64,000 bases of DNA, taken from Balanoglossus misakiensis (Eukaryota; Animalia; Hemichordata). Made by a program: the position numbers and the translations under genes. How positions within the stretch are numbered: position 1 is the stretch's first letter; every line of letters starts with the position of its first letter. Below, in pieces: positions 38,346 to 51,150 of the stretch. The DNA lies in contig CM082587.2 in NCBI GenBank assembly GCA_040954595.2, positions 10,173,403-10,237,402 on the forward strand, in the 5' to 3' direction. The notes under the pieces were generated by a model. The model had not been told where the DNA came from and did no database searches. It was given only the letters and a program-made list of their open reading frames with translations.

Positions 38346-41300
38346 CCCAGAAATATATACTGTTTTCATTCAGAAGACTAACGACAGACACCGCTGAATA
38401 TTAAAATCACTGTCTATTGAAATGAGCTGTATATATGATACCAATGGGCCTAATCTTTACGATAGTTACGCATCATACCCTTGCCTTGAGTAGGATGTTG
38501 TATGTGTAACGCTCTTTAGGAAAATAATAATCACAGTCGCGTGAGAGTTTGTTACACGTCGAACTGTTCCTATTCTTCTGAGTCATAGGGGCAATTCGCC
38601 GTGTAATAAAAATGCTCTTTAGATACGACTTTATTTACCCGAAATACCAAAGTTTATGCAACAATCACTCCCACTTTTGATCCACGTGTGATCCCCTAGA
38701 TAGGTTAGAATTATCCTGCGCTACAATCTCTGTACGGCAGCGCGTTTGACGTGAGCAGGGCCAGGGGGAACGGACGCGCTACTTGACAGCATGTCATTCC
38801 ATTCGTGCGACGCGCACGCAGCCGTGCGCACGATGCATGCAATGTGATGTTTGGCCGAAGCACAGCGACTGCGGCCGAAGCTTGTGTATCGCTGTTTGTA
38901 TAAAGTTTACTGGCATACAGTACCTCTTCTACGACTTTTTTTGTAAAATTAGAATTCATTGGTTATTTTGCATAATTTTTAACCAATGGCGTACATGGCC
39001 AAGACGATTACGGCCTGTATTAAATCGCTAACTTTTCCCGAGTTGCTTAGCATCGCACTGTATGCATCACACGACAAATATTACAGAAAACAAAAGTCTC
39101 TCACGACTCTTACCCGAGGGAGGCGCTCTTCATATTTTATGTCCAGTAGTTCCAGTGAACACTGCCAAAACAAGCGCGTGAAGAGCGGGTTCTCAACCAG
39201 CCACTTTACAACAAAGAAAATGAAACGAAAGCAGAGAGTGTAGAGCCGCTGCTTGTGCTTTGTGATCGTGAGGAGTTGTCTATGGCAACAGTGACACAAA
39301 TAGAACATCAGAACACTTCCTGTTTTCTTGCGACAAAAGCATGATGGGAATTTCATCGCGAGAACTTTCGCGCGTCCGTGAGCGGGTAACTTAGCAACAA
39401 GTATGGCGAAAATTCCTTTCTTACGGCGTGGTGGCGACAGCCTTTAGGCGCGGCTTTCCGCGGACCCGAATTTTCCTTTCATTTGGCGAAGGAGGAATCT
39501 TTGCCTGTACAGATTATTCTATAACTTTAAATCTTGTGAACAAGGGGTAAAACATTCCAATGATAAAATGTACTTATTTTTAGTTGGAGTTTTTGACCTA
39601 AAATTTGCGTATAAAGTTTCCTTTTAGACTTGCTCTCGTCGTAGCCTCGTAGCATTGTCTGTGCGACAGTGCTGTAAAAAAACAACAGTTAGACATGAAT
39701 CTTACCGAGAGGCGGCGCTTTTCGGATGGCAATGTTAAGTACTTGAAGTGTGGTAGAACTACCAAATGATGAAAACAGAATTTCAGCGAAAGTTTCTCGT
39801 CTTTTGTTACACTGAAGCGCGAAGGGTGGCTTCCATCCGGCGGCTGGCTGGTAGTGTTGCGGAGAGTCACGGTTGCCGACAGCAACAGAACAATCGAAAC
39901 GCACAAGAACGTTTGTGACCCAAAGCATGATGGGTATTTTGCGGTACGGTCCGCGAAAGAACCAATCGTTCGCTCTTCAGTCACTAGTAGAGACTTGAAG
40001 CCTAAAGAGAGCCGAAGAAATGTAGGGTTTTTTAATTGTTGACCTAGACAGCATAGACGAGTGGCGGTAGTGAGAATGGGCTTGCACATGCACGTGACAC
40101 CAAACTGTAATGACAGCATGAACAGCGCCACCGACGGTGAGAAATGTACAGAAATGTTGTTTAATGAGTTTAATATGGTAACTACAAAGACAGACATGTT
40201 TGACACAAGGAAGTCATGAAATACAGTATAAAACATATCATTTCTTCTATCTCTTAGTACAGTGGGTTGTCGACTTTTCGACCAGAATGCAATGGGATTT
40301 GACCCCCTAGCGCAAAGTGAAAACCTATTTAAGGCAGCCACATTGCGAAAAATCCCCCATGACAATTCAATGTGACATGACACGTCATATTGTCGTGTAA
40401 TGCATGGTTGTAGGCGCACAGAGGTGAACCAAACTCCCTAGATAAATATTTTCATAGCTAAATCCCTATTAGTAATCGATTTTCAGTAGTATTTGCATAA
40501 TATTCAATCGAAAATATAATTTTTAATTTGACGATTAGCTGACTACATGTATGCTGTTGTACAAGACACCTTCGGCTTGGCACACATTTTTGCCATTGAA
40601 TGCAGTATTTTTTTTTACTTTGCCGATTATATTTAGATATATAAATTGTAAATCAATGTCTACACTTTGGCGATGACTCAACATACATGTATAGTGTGGT
40701 ATTGACAGTAAAGTTCATTGGACGAATTTATATGAAGAAGTGTGTAAAAGAAAGATGTGCACATTCAAAGCTAGGGGGCGCTATTTACAGAGACCATGCC
40801 CATCTCCTCACAGCAAATGCAGCATTGAGTTGTCAAAATTAATAGTGCAACCATAATCCCCTTAAATAGATAGGGCAATTTTCTAAACAACTCGAACTGT
40901 ATGTTAAGCTTTAATAAATTGTTTGGTCGTATTTAGTGTTTGGCGTTGAAAATCACACTTTATTTACTGTCGCAAGATGGTGGGAACTACCCTAGCCAAC
41001 TGTGACATGAGTTTAGAATTGCCAAAAATAGGAGTTTGAGAACCAGAGTATTGTACAGAAAAGAACTCACTCACTTACACACAATGAATTATGCCTTAAC
41101 TAGTCTGTAATTTACACATAAAACACCGAAATACAGTATGCAGATTAAAACGTTTCTCTAACTACTGTATAATAACGCGGGTGATGAAAGGTTTGCACAC
41201 ACAATTTCACGACATAAACAGTGTTCACAGTCCCCAAATTACTGTTAATCGGGTTTCTCGTCCGTCGACCTTTACCAATTTACGCTCGGTTTTACTCCAC

Positions 41301-41429
41301 TACTTCTTAGGCCTATACATGTAGGTGTCTTCGGTTGCGAGGTGCGTATCGGAGAACAAATGACTGTCATTTGAACATTCTATAGTATACCCAAATCCTT
41401 GCATCGCTATGCGGATCCTGATAGAGATC

Positions 41430-42460
41430 AGTCGAATCGTCAGCAGCGTTCTCCGTCGCTGTGTCACGTGTCTCAAGATAGACGGAAGACCCTACACCAG
41501 CCCGGTTCAGGCACCGTTGCCTACATATCGTGTGAACGTTACTCCACCCTTCTGCGTGACAGGAGTAGATTTCACGGGAGCACTCCTGACCAAACAACTG
41601 ATGGTAAACACAAGAAAGCCTACGTGTGTCTCTTTACCTGTGCAGTTACGCGCGCGATACACCTAGAATTGGTATCCGATTTGACCACTAAATCATTCAT
41701 ATTCGCGTTCCGTCGTTTCGCGGCAAGAAGATCTCTCCCAAGTCGCATGTTATTCGACAACGCGTCTACATATATCTCTGCAGCCGAAGAGATACGCGCA
41801 TTACTCGACACGACTGACGTCCAACGCTATCTTTCTTCTCAACGCGTCAGTTGGACATTTATTCCCAAACGTGCCCCATGGTATGGTGGCTTCTGGGAGC
41901 GTCTTATTGGTATCACTAAGAACACTATAAAGAAAGTTCTTGGTAGATCTTTCGTCACCTACGACGAACTTGTCACAGTAATCACCGAAATCGAGACGGT
42001 ATTGAACGACCGCCCACTCACTTTCGTGTCTTCGAATGCCGATGATGAAATCAGCTTGACTCCAAATCACCTGTTGTGCGGCAGACCTCTGACCTCATTG
42101 CCATACATCACTGTCTCCGATGAAGAGATCAGAGACCCCTCTTACGGAAACCACTGCGATCTAAACGGACGCTATGAACATTTGTCAAATCTCCAGAACC
42201 AATTCTGGAAGAGATGGTCGACTGAGTACCTGACAGCCTTACGTGAGCGTCACTCCGCTTCCGGTCTCAAGAACAATGTCATTAAAGTTGGTGACGTCGT
42301 CATTATTCACAGTGACACCGACCGTAGATTGAAATGGCAACTCGGAACTGTCAGAAGACTTGTCTACGGCCGTGATAAACTTGTGCGGTCAGCGGAAGTC
42401 TCCACTGCCAGATGACACACTAACCGCCCCATACACAAATTGTACCCGCTGGAGGTGGCT
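41430..42460 (+). pseudogene. BEL/Pao integrase remnant
   Basis: RCVTC, PF..TGVDFTG, LFTCAVTRAIHLELV, DNAST, APWYGGFWERLI, LNDRPLT and FWKRWSTEYL. Frameshift near 41590 and stop at 42413. Confidence 0.9.
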
Positions 42461-42776
42461 TCGCAGGAACTGTCGTCATCTACGTCGTCTACGGACTTCG
42501 ATCCCCATGTAAACGAGGACATCACACGGAATGCCACCACAGAGGAATCCAATGATCCGCCCGCGTCCATCCCTAGGAGATCGACCAGAGATGCGGCCAT
42601 TGCAGCGAGGATCAGAATTTCTGACTCTGTTTAGACATTCAACACAACTTGACACTTTATTGACTCTAGTCAAACTGTCATTGCATCAGAGTTTACTCAA
42701 CATCGATTGAGCCTTTGCGATTTTCTGTTCTTTTGGATTTAGACTTTCTGATGACTTTTTTTCGGCGGCGGGAGAA

Positions 42777-43117
42777 TGTCGGAGAACAAATAACTGTTAT
42801 TTGAACATTCTATAGTATACCCAAATCCTTGCATCGCTATGCGGATCCTGAAAGAGATCACTTTTGGCCAATCAGGCACTTTCATTACTACGCCCAATCA
42901 CACTTCGAGTTCACCCTTTCAATGTAGCAATTTGTGCTTGTTATTACGTCCGCTTCATGTTCCTTTGCAACTTTGGAAGTTTTCTCATCAGTTGGGTTCT
43001 AGCGGTTCAGTAGTTAACACCGGTTATTACTGCAATAAACGTGCCTTTTGCACTTTACGTTGGTCGCCCGTGTCAGACATCATTTAAGGAACCTTGTTCA
43101 TCTAAAATACCGCAACA
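42777..43117 (+). repeat. 3' LTR (341 bp, TG...CA)
   Basis: TGTCGG...GCAACA directly after the PPT; AATAAA at about 43034. Its first 84 bp match 41347-41430. Confidence 0.9.
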
Positions 43118-46100
43118 GTGCGGTCGAGTCGCTTGTGAAGCGAAAGCGACATGACGGCAAACGACGCTACTGACAATAGCAGGAGTCCGGCGAATGCACC
43201 GAATAGTTTGGCCCTGTAGTCTGGCAGATCGTAGAGCAGACAGTTCCCTTGTTCATCGCACGCCGTCCGTCCCCATAACATACACGCCGAGTCGATGAGG
43301 GCCCCGGTGTATATCGGCGCCGGTATAGTGGCTGGAAGGTAAGAGCATTGTTGTATATCTTAGGCTATGTTTACAATCATGTCTTCATTATAACCCTGCC
43401 AAGTTAGGCGACATACATGTATAAGCTGGGCAAATCTGTGCAGTGCTAGCTGTAGGAATGCGCATTATTCGGCATATATTTGTTGTTTACATAGACACGT
43501 ACATGCCATCTTGTTATGAAAGGTTGATTAGTTACAAACAACTTTGCTGAATTCAGAGTCAATAATATAGTTTAGACCGAAACATCAGAATAGTCAGTCG
43601 ATGGCAATACGTACCTAGTAACTGTGTTGTAATGACGCGTATACAAAGTGCATACGCTTTATCCTTCGGCAACACACATCTGCAAATATAACATGTTGAT
43701 GTATTTCGCGTGGTATTTAGATACTGGGATAATGTATAACATGCGTTTTTGAAAATATTTATTTGTCCTTTACAGGTAGTAGGGTGTGTCAATGTGTCAA
43801 ACCAACAACCTCAATAATGGAAATGGAACGTTTTTGCATGCCTTATACAATACCTCATTGTCAAGGCAACTTCTACATTAGCAATTGCTGATAGAAAGAA
43901 TCCAAAGACAGCGACCAACACACCAAACACCACTAATTGATTGATGCACGTCTGTCCACACATTCCTTGATGTGCATAGTCTGCGGCAGTGTCATTTATT
44001 GTTGCAATACATCCACAATCTGTGAAGTTCTGTGTGAAAATCGTGTATAAAACGAGGACATTTTGAATGGAATACATCCAATACGCGTTATATAATTTAT
44101 AAGAAATAAGCGGTGACCCAAATATAGTAAACCGTGTCTTTACATGTACGGCATGATGAAGAATACAGACAACTTCAGCGTTCACTGGTGAAACTACATG
44201 TATAAACTCCATCCCCATCAAATGAATATTTACTCTGGGTAACAACGCAATTTGTCAACCCGCCACCCAGAACATTCTACCATCAATAAAATAAATGAAC
44301 TCGTGTCCTCATAAAGACACAAAAGCAAGGCACATTGTTATGCAACAATTTATAATTTATGTACACTCCCCTTCAGAACCAATTTCCCTCTCTGTGAAAA
44401 TGAATATATAAGGACTAATGTATTATAAAGTAGATTACTTGAACATCTTGGCGAGTCTTGCACCCAGCATGGCAAGCTGAATAGTATGTGATGTCGTCAG
44501 AGCCGCAAACTGGCGCATAGGCGTCCGAGCAGCCACATTCAGAATTGCAAGCAGACTTCACATCCCCGAATCTTCGTACTTGCGGTATCTCAACAGTGCT
44601 GCTATAGAAAAAGAAAGCTTTTGTTGTAGATTGAATTCGAGACACAATTTACGTTATACTGTATAGAGTATCAATCAGACTTCTTATCTAGGTTAAATTT
44701 ATGAAGGCTGGTCTCTGCATAGAAAATGATGTAATGGACGTTATATGTCGCTGGTATAAATGTCGAGTGATAAATTACTTTTGGGCATCCAAGTGTCGCT
44801 AAGTAAATAGGGGTGGGCAGTGTTCTAGAACTGATAATATGATGGCTTTTTTTTCAGGGACTACATTTCAGATACTTGCCTTTCCGGGTATGGTTCAGAG
44901 ACACCGGCGAATTTCTCCATGCCACAACCAACACTCATCCCAATGAATGGGATACTTGCATTTGCTGCCGCAGCGATCACTGCAAATATTCCCAATTTTA
45001 TGAGCGTCGGCTTCCATCTACGCAAGAACGCGCCACTGACGATGGAAGCAAATTTTGCGGCAGGAACGACTGTGGCAGCTATATACATGTATGTAAGCAA
45101 AAGAGGTTACATTTGGATGATGTGGAGCAGGTATCAATAATCAGAAAGCCAACTGTGTTATAGTAGGCCTATTACCGTTAAACACCACTGTTTCGCTCAA
45201 TGTTACATGCTGATGCAAAATAGTTCTTTACATACAGGAATGGCATTGAGCTAAGATTGTCTTCACGGAATAATCGCATAAAGTATATATCTCATCAAAC
45301 AACAAGGCACCGCTGGGGTAATGGCGTTGATATGTTATATTTTATCAATGACAATAATTTGGTCAGTACGCCACTGCGCGACTATAAAGTCCCGACGGTA
45401 TGGTATACTTACCAAAGATTTTACCAGATATCGAAGGTGTAGTTCTGAAATGCTCTTCCATGTATTTTGGAAAGAAACGCGTCGAATGAACGACAGCCAT
45501 GTAAGCGATTCTGGCAAAAACCAGGCTGACGAAGGGAACATTGGTGAACAAACGCAGGATTGCCCGTTGCCAATCTATCAAATATATAATATATATATTT
45601 AGCTGTAATTGGGCTATACTTTTGCATCTTGCAAGTTACAAGGACACGATCACCAAGCGCATATGGCTTAACTAGTCTCTGGTGATGTTTTTTTTTTGCA
45701 GACAATCTTACAAACCATTGTCAGCTACAAATAACCAAAGATGTAAACATTACACTGCCCCCTATTTTGTTTTATCATGCCATAATCTGATCCCGTACAG
45801 CAACACAGCAAAGAAGGGCAACGTATTGTTGTGATCATATTCATTTTGTGACATTTTACAATTCCAAAAGTGTAATGGCCAGGTTATCAGTTTACCTTGA
45901 TGTGCATTGGGTGAGCGATAGAAGATACGTGAACCTATAGAATTAGGCAAACTGGTAAAGACGTCTACTAATATCAACTATTGTGCACATATCTCCAGAA
46001 ATCTTCTTACATTGAAAAGATTCTCACATTATAACAATTGTATTGTGCGTATCGTCTGTTGAAGTGGCTGACATATGCCATCTTGAAATTCTGTCGACCA

Positions 46101-46682
46101 CATGAAAAATTTTCATCACTCCCCGTAGGTGGCAAGAGCTATTTTATTACAAGGTGGGAACTCCGACAAATTTTACCTTTAAAACGTCCCACTTTACTGA
46201 TGGTATCGCCGCCTTCATCGTTTGGTTCTCTTGTAATCTGGTCTTGACATTTGGATTGTTTCGGTATCTCCGATGGCATGATGAGGATAAAGATTGATAG
46301 CACCACAGATAGAACACCACTGAGCAAATAGCCAAGCCACCAAGCACCAACCCAGCGTGGATCTTTTTGGTCGAAATCGAGTGTAGCTATGTCAACTCGA
46401 TAAAAATCAACGAACAGGCTTATAGAATATGCATTTACTAACACACCCACTATTTGACCAACAGAGAAAAAGGAATGGATTACGCCTAGAAGAAGAAGAA
46501 GGAGAAGAAACAAATGAATCTTGTGTGTCAGTTTAAGGTGTCCATATTTTATGAAGGAATACACTATGTAAATGTCAGCTTATTCACGCAAACACAACAT
46601 CAAGAAAGGACTATTACATTATAGCATGCTACCGTTCGCAATTCTGATTGGACGAGAGCTCAATCCAGCGATTCTAAAATTA

Positions 46683-46825
46683 AGCAATAAAACACCCTCA
46701 GCTATGGTATACCACGAGATTTTGACCAGTTCACGACATATACGCACGAGCGATAGCGAGTGCGTATATGGAGTTGAACTGGTCAAAATCGAGTGGTATA
46801 CCATAGCTGGGGGTGTTTTATTGCT
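46683..46825. repeat. ~140-bp imperfect palindrome (Crypton-like non-autonomous element end)
   Basis: AGCAATAAAACACCC...GGGTGTTTTATTGCT around the centre CACGAGCGATAGCGAGTG. Confidence 0.75.
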
Positions 46826-47356
46826 ATTATATTATGCCAGTATATTGAAACTTTACATAAAACATTTTAAAAAGGCATTTTCTTTGACTATGATATATGA
46901 CTGTGGTATATGACTAATATATCACGGTCACGTGTCGTGTCTCGACCAATAAAATAGCGTGATTTACACCATCAATATACTGGTATAATATAATACTCAA
47001 TAATGCACTGCTGGCAGTGCGAAAACGGGCCCCTGAACTAGCATACGGCAACAAAAATGTGCGGTTAAACCACAGTCGCGCGTGTTTAAACCAAATAAAT
47101 AAAACAAAAATACTGTTGAATTAACGGACGTTTTAGTTAGGAACTGCTCTGTGGAAATATTTGTCACTTTGCCACGCGCGATGCCCGTCTTGTCACTTTT
47201 TGTCGTCTGCTTCATGTTTAATGCTCGATCCCGGCCGCTCGTGTTTACATTCATCGTCGCCATGTTGGTTCACGATCGTAATTTCTCTTTCTGACGCCGT
47301 TTCGGTAAGAAAATTACACTGATATGCCACAAAAACAGTTGTTGATATAATATAAT

Positions 47357-47496
47357 AGCAATAACCCCCGCCTCAGTCGGGTATACACTCGATTTGGGTA
47401 CTATTCGCTCCATAGCACTCGCCTGACGGCTCGTGCTATATGTCTCGAATTGTACCCAAATCTCGTGTATACCCGCCTGCGGCGGGGGTTATTGCT
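47357..47496. repeat. ~140-bp imperfect palindrome with the same architecture
   Basis: AGCAATAACCCCCGCC...GGCGGGGGTTATTGCT around the centre CACTCGCCTGACGGCTCGTG. Confidence 0.75.
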
Positions 47497-47889
47497 TAAG
47501 TAATAAGTATTGAAGAATGTGCGGTCGATAACATGGAAATTATTGTCATTTCTATCAATTTTTGATTTCTGTCAATTTTTGATTTTAGGATTCCAAGTAT
47601 ATGTATAATAAAATATGTTCTTAAATATGGTCACCGTTTTTGAAATACAAGGCTGTGAATATCACTTTCAACAAATTTTTTTCTCAAAACTGAATGCGGT
47701 GACCATCGATTCTGTTCGAATGTTAAATTTAATTTCATTTGGCTAAGCTATGTTTAGTACTTCATGAAAGTAACAATATTATGGTTACATGACATGTATT
47801 TACGTGCACCTTCAAAAAAAATCAAGTTTCACTCCAGTTTGTTAAAGATGCTGAATGCCTGAAATCTAAGCTTAAAAGCTTACACTTAA

Positions 47890-48191
47890 AGTGCGTAGCT
47901 CGTCTCACACGCATGTTCCAGCTGTAGCCGCTGGTTACAGACGTTTAGTGAACTGTCAATCCCATAAGGCAGTGTTCTGTCCTAACAACAGAGAAGATGG
48001 CGGCGACCATAATCTGTGTCGGAGATCGGGAAAAGACACTAGCTTGGGTGAAAAGGAGGGACAAAACCAGAATCTACTTATACGGTGCGCATGAAATATG
48101 GAAGGAAGCGAAGGCAGGCCACTATTTGAATGCATTGAACGGAAAATTTGCTGGGAAGTTACGCGCATGCACGTGAGACGAGCTACGCGCT
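47890..48191. mobile_element. ~300-bp MITE
   Basis: TIR AGTGCGTAGCTCGTCTCAC / GTGAGACGAGCTACGCGCT; no clear TSD. Confidence 0.65.
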
Positions 48192-48436
48192 ATGCAATCG
48201 CTCACGAATTTAGTCACGGCGCAATGAAAACATATGCCCAATCTAATATTTTCATTGCCACTTGCCTATGTACATAGGTGACTTTGTCTTTGATACGCTG
48301 TCGTCCATATATGTTAATCCCAAGGAATACATTGGGGGTGCTTCCAAACCCATTTAGAATATTTCCAATGATAATCGAGATAGTTGGTTCAGACCCGTGC
48401 TTGATGAGAGATGTCACAGCGCTTCTGCCGCGGCAG

Positions 48437-49060
48437 TCAGTTACATTTTGTGATATGTGAACTGTTCTGGTAGCATACCAGAGTTGCACGTAACACATGT
48501 CCAAATTTATCAAGTTTGTCTGTCTTCATTGACGACGCTGGACATCTACCACGATGCTCAACCACTGTATCTGCCAATTTCTGTAGAGCCTTTGTCGTGC
48601 AAACAAACATTTCCTCACCGGACCCTAACTGCAAACTATCTTCCATTGTGGAAAAAGCAAAATCCGAACCGTTCATAGGTTGTTGATCGGCAAGTTCAAG
48701 ATCTACATCGTTAGGTTGACGATCAAAATTTGTCAGGATAAAGTCATCCAAAACCGTGCAAAGAGCTTCGTACGTCGATGATACAGTGGTGTTGCCACCT
48801 ATCATCATTTTCACCCGGTCAAGTTTATTAAACAACGTACATTTATCATATTCGGTTTCATAGTAAAATGTTAGTTTACCACGGTTTTTCGATGGCTGCA
48901 GCTTCCTTTTCAAATTTCGTTGTCTCATGCATTCACTGCTGTCGGACGGGTAGGTCCCCCTGCGACGATTCATTTGGCTCTGAGTTGAATCTCTGATGGG
49001 TCGAGTAGGTGGACCAGCTGGACGCTGTTCATTATTTGCTTCGACGGCCTCAGTTTGCAT
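48437..49060 (-). pseudogene. Truncated N-terminal part of a Kolobok-like transposase
   Basis: 207-aa ATG-initiated ORF ending in MFVC..K.LQKL...H.GRC...GHVLRATLVC....H, like the Cys/His region that precedes the Kolobok DDE core. It ends at the SLCO junction. Confidence 0.5.
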
Positions 49061-49083
49061 GATGATTTGCAGCCTTTATTGTT

Positions 49084-49187
49084 ATATGATTATAATTTCT
49101 TATTATTAGAACGAAACTCTTGTGATGACTTGCATATATGATTATAATTTCTTATTATTAGAACGAAACTCTTGTGATGACTTGCAT
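49084..49187. repeat. Perfect 52-bp tandem duplication
   Basis: ATATGATTATAATTTCTTATTATTAGAACGAAACTCTTGTGATGACTTGCAT twice. Confidence 0.9.
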
Positions 49188-49577
49188 GCGATAAATTTAC
49201 AACCAAATATTGGCGCAGAGGTGTGAATGTAATTGCAACATTTTACCAAAACTTTGTACGGGTTCATTCCACCATGGTAGGTGAAACGAATTTTTTTTCT
49301 GCCGATTTTTAAATCATAACATTAAAATACAACTGAGAAAACCCGCTTTCACCAATTAATACGATTAGTTTCCAATTTTAAATCACTAAAAACTTGTCGA
49401 AATGACGACTTTGTAAATTCTCAAAGCATACGCGTCACTCTTCGTCCCTCCCGAAAATGGTGAATTTTTATATTTTGCTACTTCGACTTCAAATGGGGAT
49501 CCCGCGCCCGCCAAAAGCAAACACATTATATACCCACTCGATCCTAACCGCGGAACGTGTTGTCAGCTGAATCCATC

Positions 49578-50201
49578 ATGTCGACACGAATTATCAAGAT
49601 AGCGGTCACTGAAGAGCAGGAGGAAGCACTGGAAATTTTCTTTGCCATGAATGAATGGGAGCTCTCGGTCATCGAGCGGCGGGGGCACATAAGTTCACCT
49701 GCTGCGACCGCGGGGGTTAGTACCCCAATATCGGCTGCCAGCAAGTTGAATGGGAACATAGCCGGTCTATCGGATGCAATCCCAAATGACCCTCCCCCGG
49801 TGTCTGAAGGCGGTACAACTGCAGCAGGCGTCGAAGTAAACACCGTGTCCATGAGCACATCGGCTTTCGGAGATTCGGACAACTCCTGTGAATTTTGTTT
49901 TTGTTCGCCATGTGTTACCACACATAGGCAGCATTGGCTAGGATCGGGTCAGAAAGCACGAGCTGGAAACAATCTTGTGAGGAAAAAGATGTACAAACGT
50001 TTTTGGAAACAGCTAAGCGACCGTTACGCTTGGCGCTTTCCAGAGTACATCCGAAAGAAGGGAAAACTGCTGGAAAAGAAGGAAGACACCTCGACAGTGT
50101 GGACAAGTAGAGAGGTTATGCCAGATTGTGTGCTGAGACTTGTCCGTGGTCTCTACCCGAATTTACCCGGTGTGTCTTACGTTGGGCATAAATGGCACTG
50201 A
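49578..50201 (+). CDS. Transposon accessory protein resembling KolX / the P2X7 C-terminal ballast domain
   Basis: Intact ATG ORF with CEFCFCSPC, RKKMYKRFW and REVMPDCVLRLVRGLYPN.PG..YVG (compare R..IPSCVV..IR..FP...G.Y.G). It is head-to-head with the transposase-like ORF. Confidence 0.55.
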   Translation: MSTRIIKIAVTEEQEEALEIFFAMNEWELSVIERRGHISSPAATAGVSTPISAASKLNGNIAGLSDAIPNDPPPVSEGGTTAAGVEVNTVSMSTSAFGDSDNSCEFCFCSPCVTTHRQHWLGSGQKARAGNNLVRKKMYKRFWKQLSDRYAWRFPEYIRKKGKLLEKKEDTSTVWTSREVMPDCVLRLVRGLYPNLPGVSYVGHKWH

Positions 50202-51079
50202 TGAGGCTTTCCCCTCTTCACTTTGTACGGTTGGTACACAAATACAAACGGTCCTTTTCAGGACCAACACAATTTCCAAGAAGAGAACTACCGAATGTAT
50301 GGATGCATGCATGTTCATGTGTGATAAATTTGGTATGATCACATCCCCATTTTCAGGTCACGCACACTTTGCAATCAACGCCACAATGTATCAATGGTGC
50401 CCAATTTTGATTTGCATAATACGTCAATCACGCAGATACAAACTGAAAATCGTACCGATATACCGGTCATATCTCGGGGACAAAATGATTTCATCTTCGG
50501 TTTTCGAAAGTATTTTCAAATTGTATTGCACCAGAAACCGCGGATGTCGTGCTAAATAAACTCATGCACTCCTTTTTGAATTTAGAGACAAAAAAATCAT
50601 CGGTAGACCTAAATTTACTGTCTATTATGGACAACGTCCGTTCTGTTGTTAGTGAGTTTGAATCTCCCACCATTATGCCAACTCTCGCGTGCTCTCGCGC
50701 TTTTATACGGGAGTTCCGCCTTTAAGTATAAACACAAAAACGAACAAGAAGTAAAAAAAAAAGTCACAAATAGTATTCTTGTTTCATGAGCCTTCTCGGT
50801 TGCCGTATACATGTCATGGATTGACACTTTTTCAAGGATCACATTTTTTGTTACAGTTGTGACAAGAAATTCAGCAGAGCTGGAATCTGTCATTTATTCG
50901 GATGCAACAGTGGTGGACACATCGGCTCCAAACTTGTGTTGTGCGAAGGTATTCTCTTGCTTTTCCGTGTTTAACAACGGTAAATTTCGTACAATCTTTA
51001 CAAATGGTGTTTGGTTCAAACACCACCAGTCAGTTAGATTGAATTTCAAACGTTCATTGTGTTGTTTTAGTCAATCATT

Positions 51080-51150
51080 TTAAAATCTGATGTAGGGAAC
51101 GGCGACGTGGTTTTCTTAACCACTTCGCCGTTCCCTACATCTGATTTTAA
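51080..51150. repeat. 71-bp palindrome made of two copies of a dispersed TIR-like motif
   Basis: TTAAAATCTGATGTAGGGAACGGCGA...TCGCCGTTCCCTACATCTGATTTTAA. Single arms occur at about 36012-36038 and 60618-60655. Confidence 0.85.

Larger units (their letters stand above)
41347..43117 (+). mobile_element. Internally deleted BEL/Pao LTR retrotransposon (1771 bp)
   Basis: 5-bp TSD GTGCG at 41342-41346 and 43118-43122; empty site at about 35695. An 84-bp 5' LTR stub is fused to the integrase region. Polypurine tract GGCGGCGGGAGAA. Confidence 0.93.
41272..48450 (-). pseudogene. SLCO/OATP organic anion transporter, 3' half only. Exons ~48450-48266, 46485-46177, 45574-45413, 45078-44880, 44601-44439, 44029-43854, 43679-43615 and 43331-41272 (split by the LTR element)
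   Basis: OATP signature DPRWVGAWWLG, F.PKYME..F, Kazal-like CNSECGC...PVCGSDDITYYSACHAGC and IDSAC.LW...C...GNC.LYD. Splice phases are all compatible. +1 frameshift near 48335, a BEL insertion, and no 5' exons seen. Confidence 0.88.

Noticed and set aside
39598-40419. 273-aa minus-strand ORF
   Set aside because: Non-ATG start, no recognisable motif, and it overlaps a dispersed repeat also seen at about 19385-19485.
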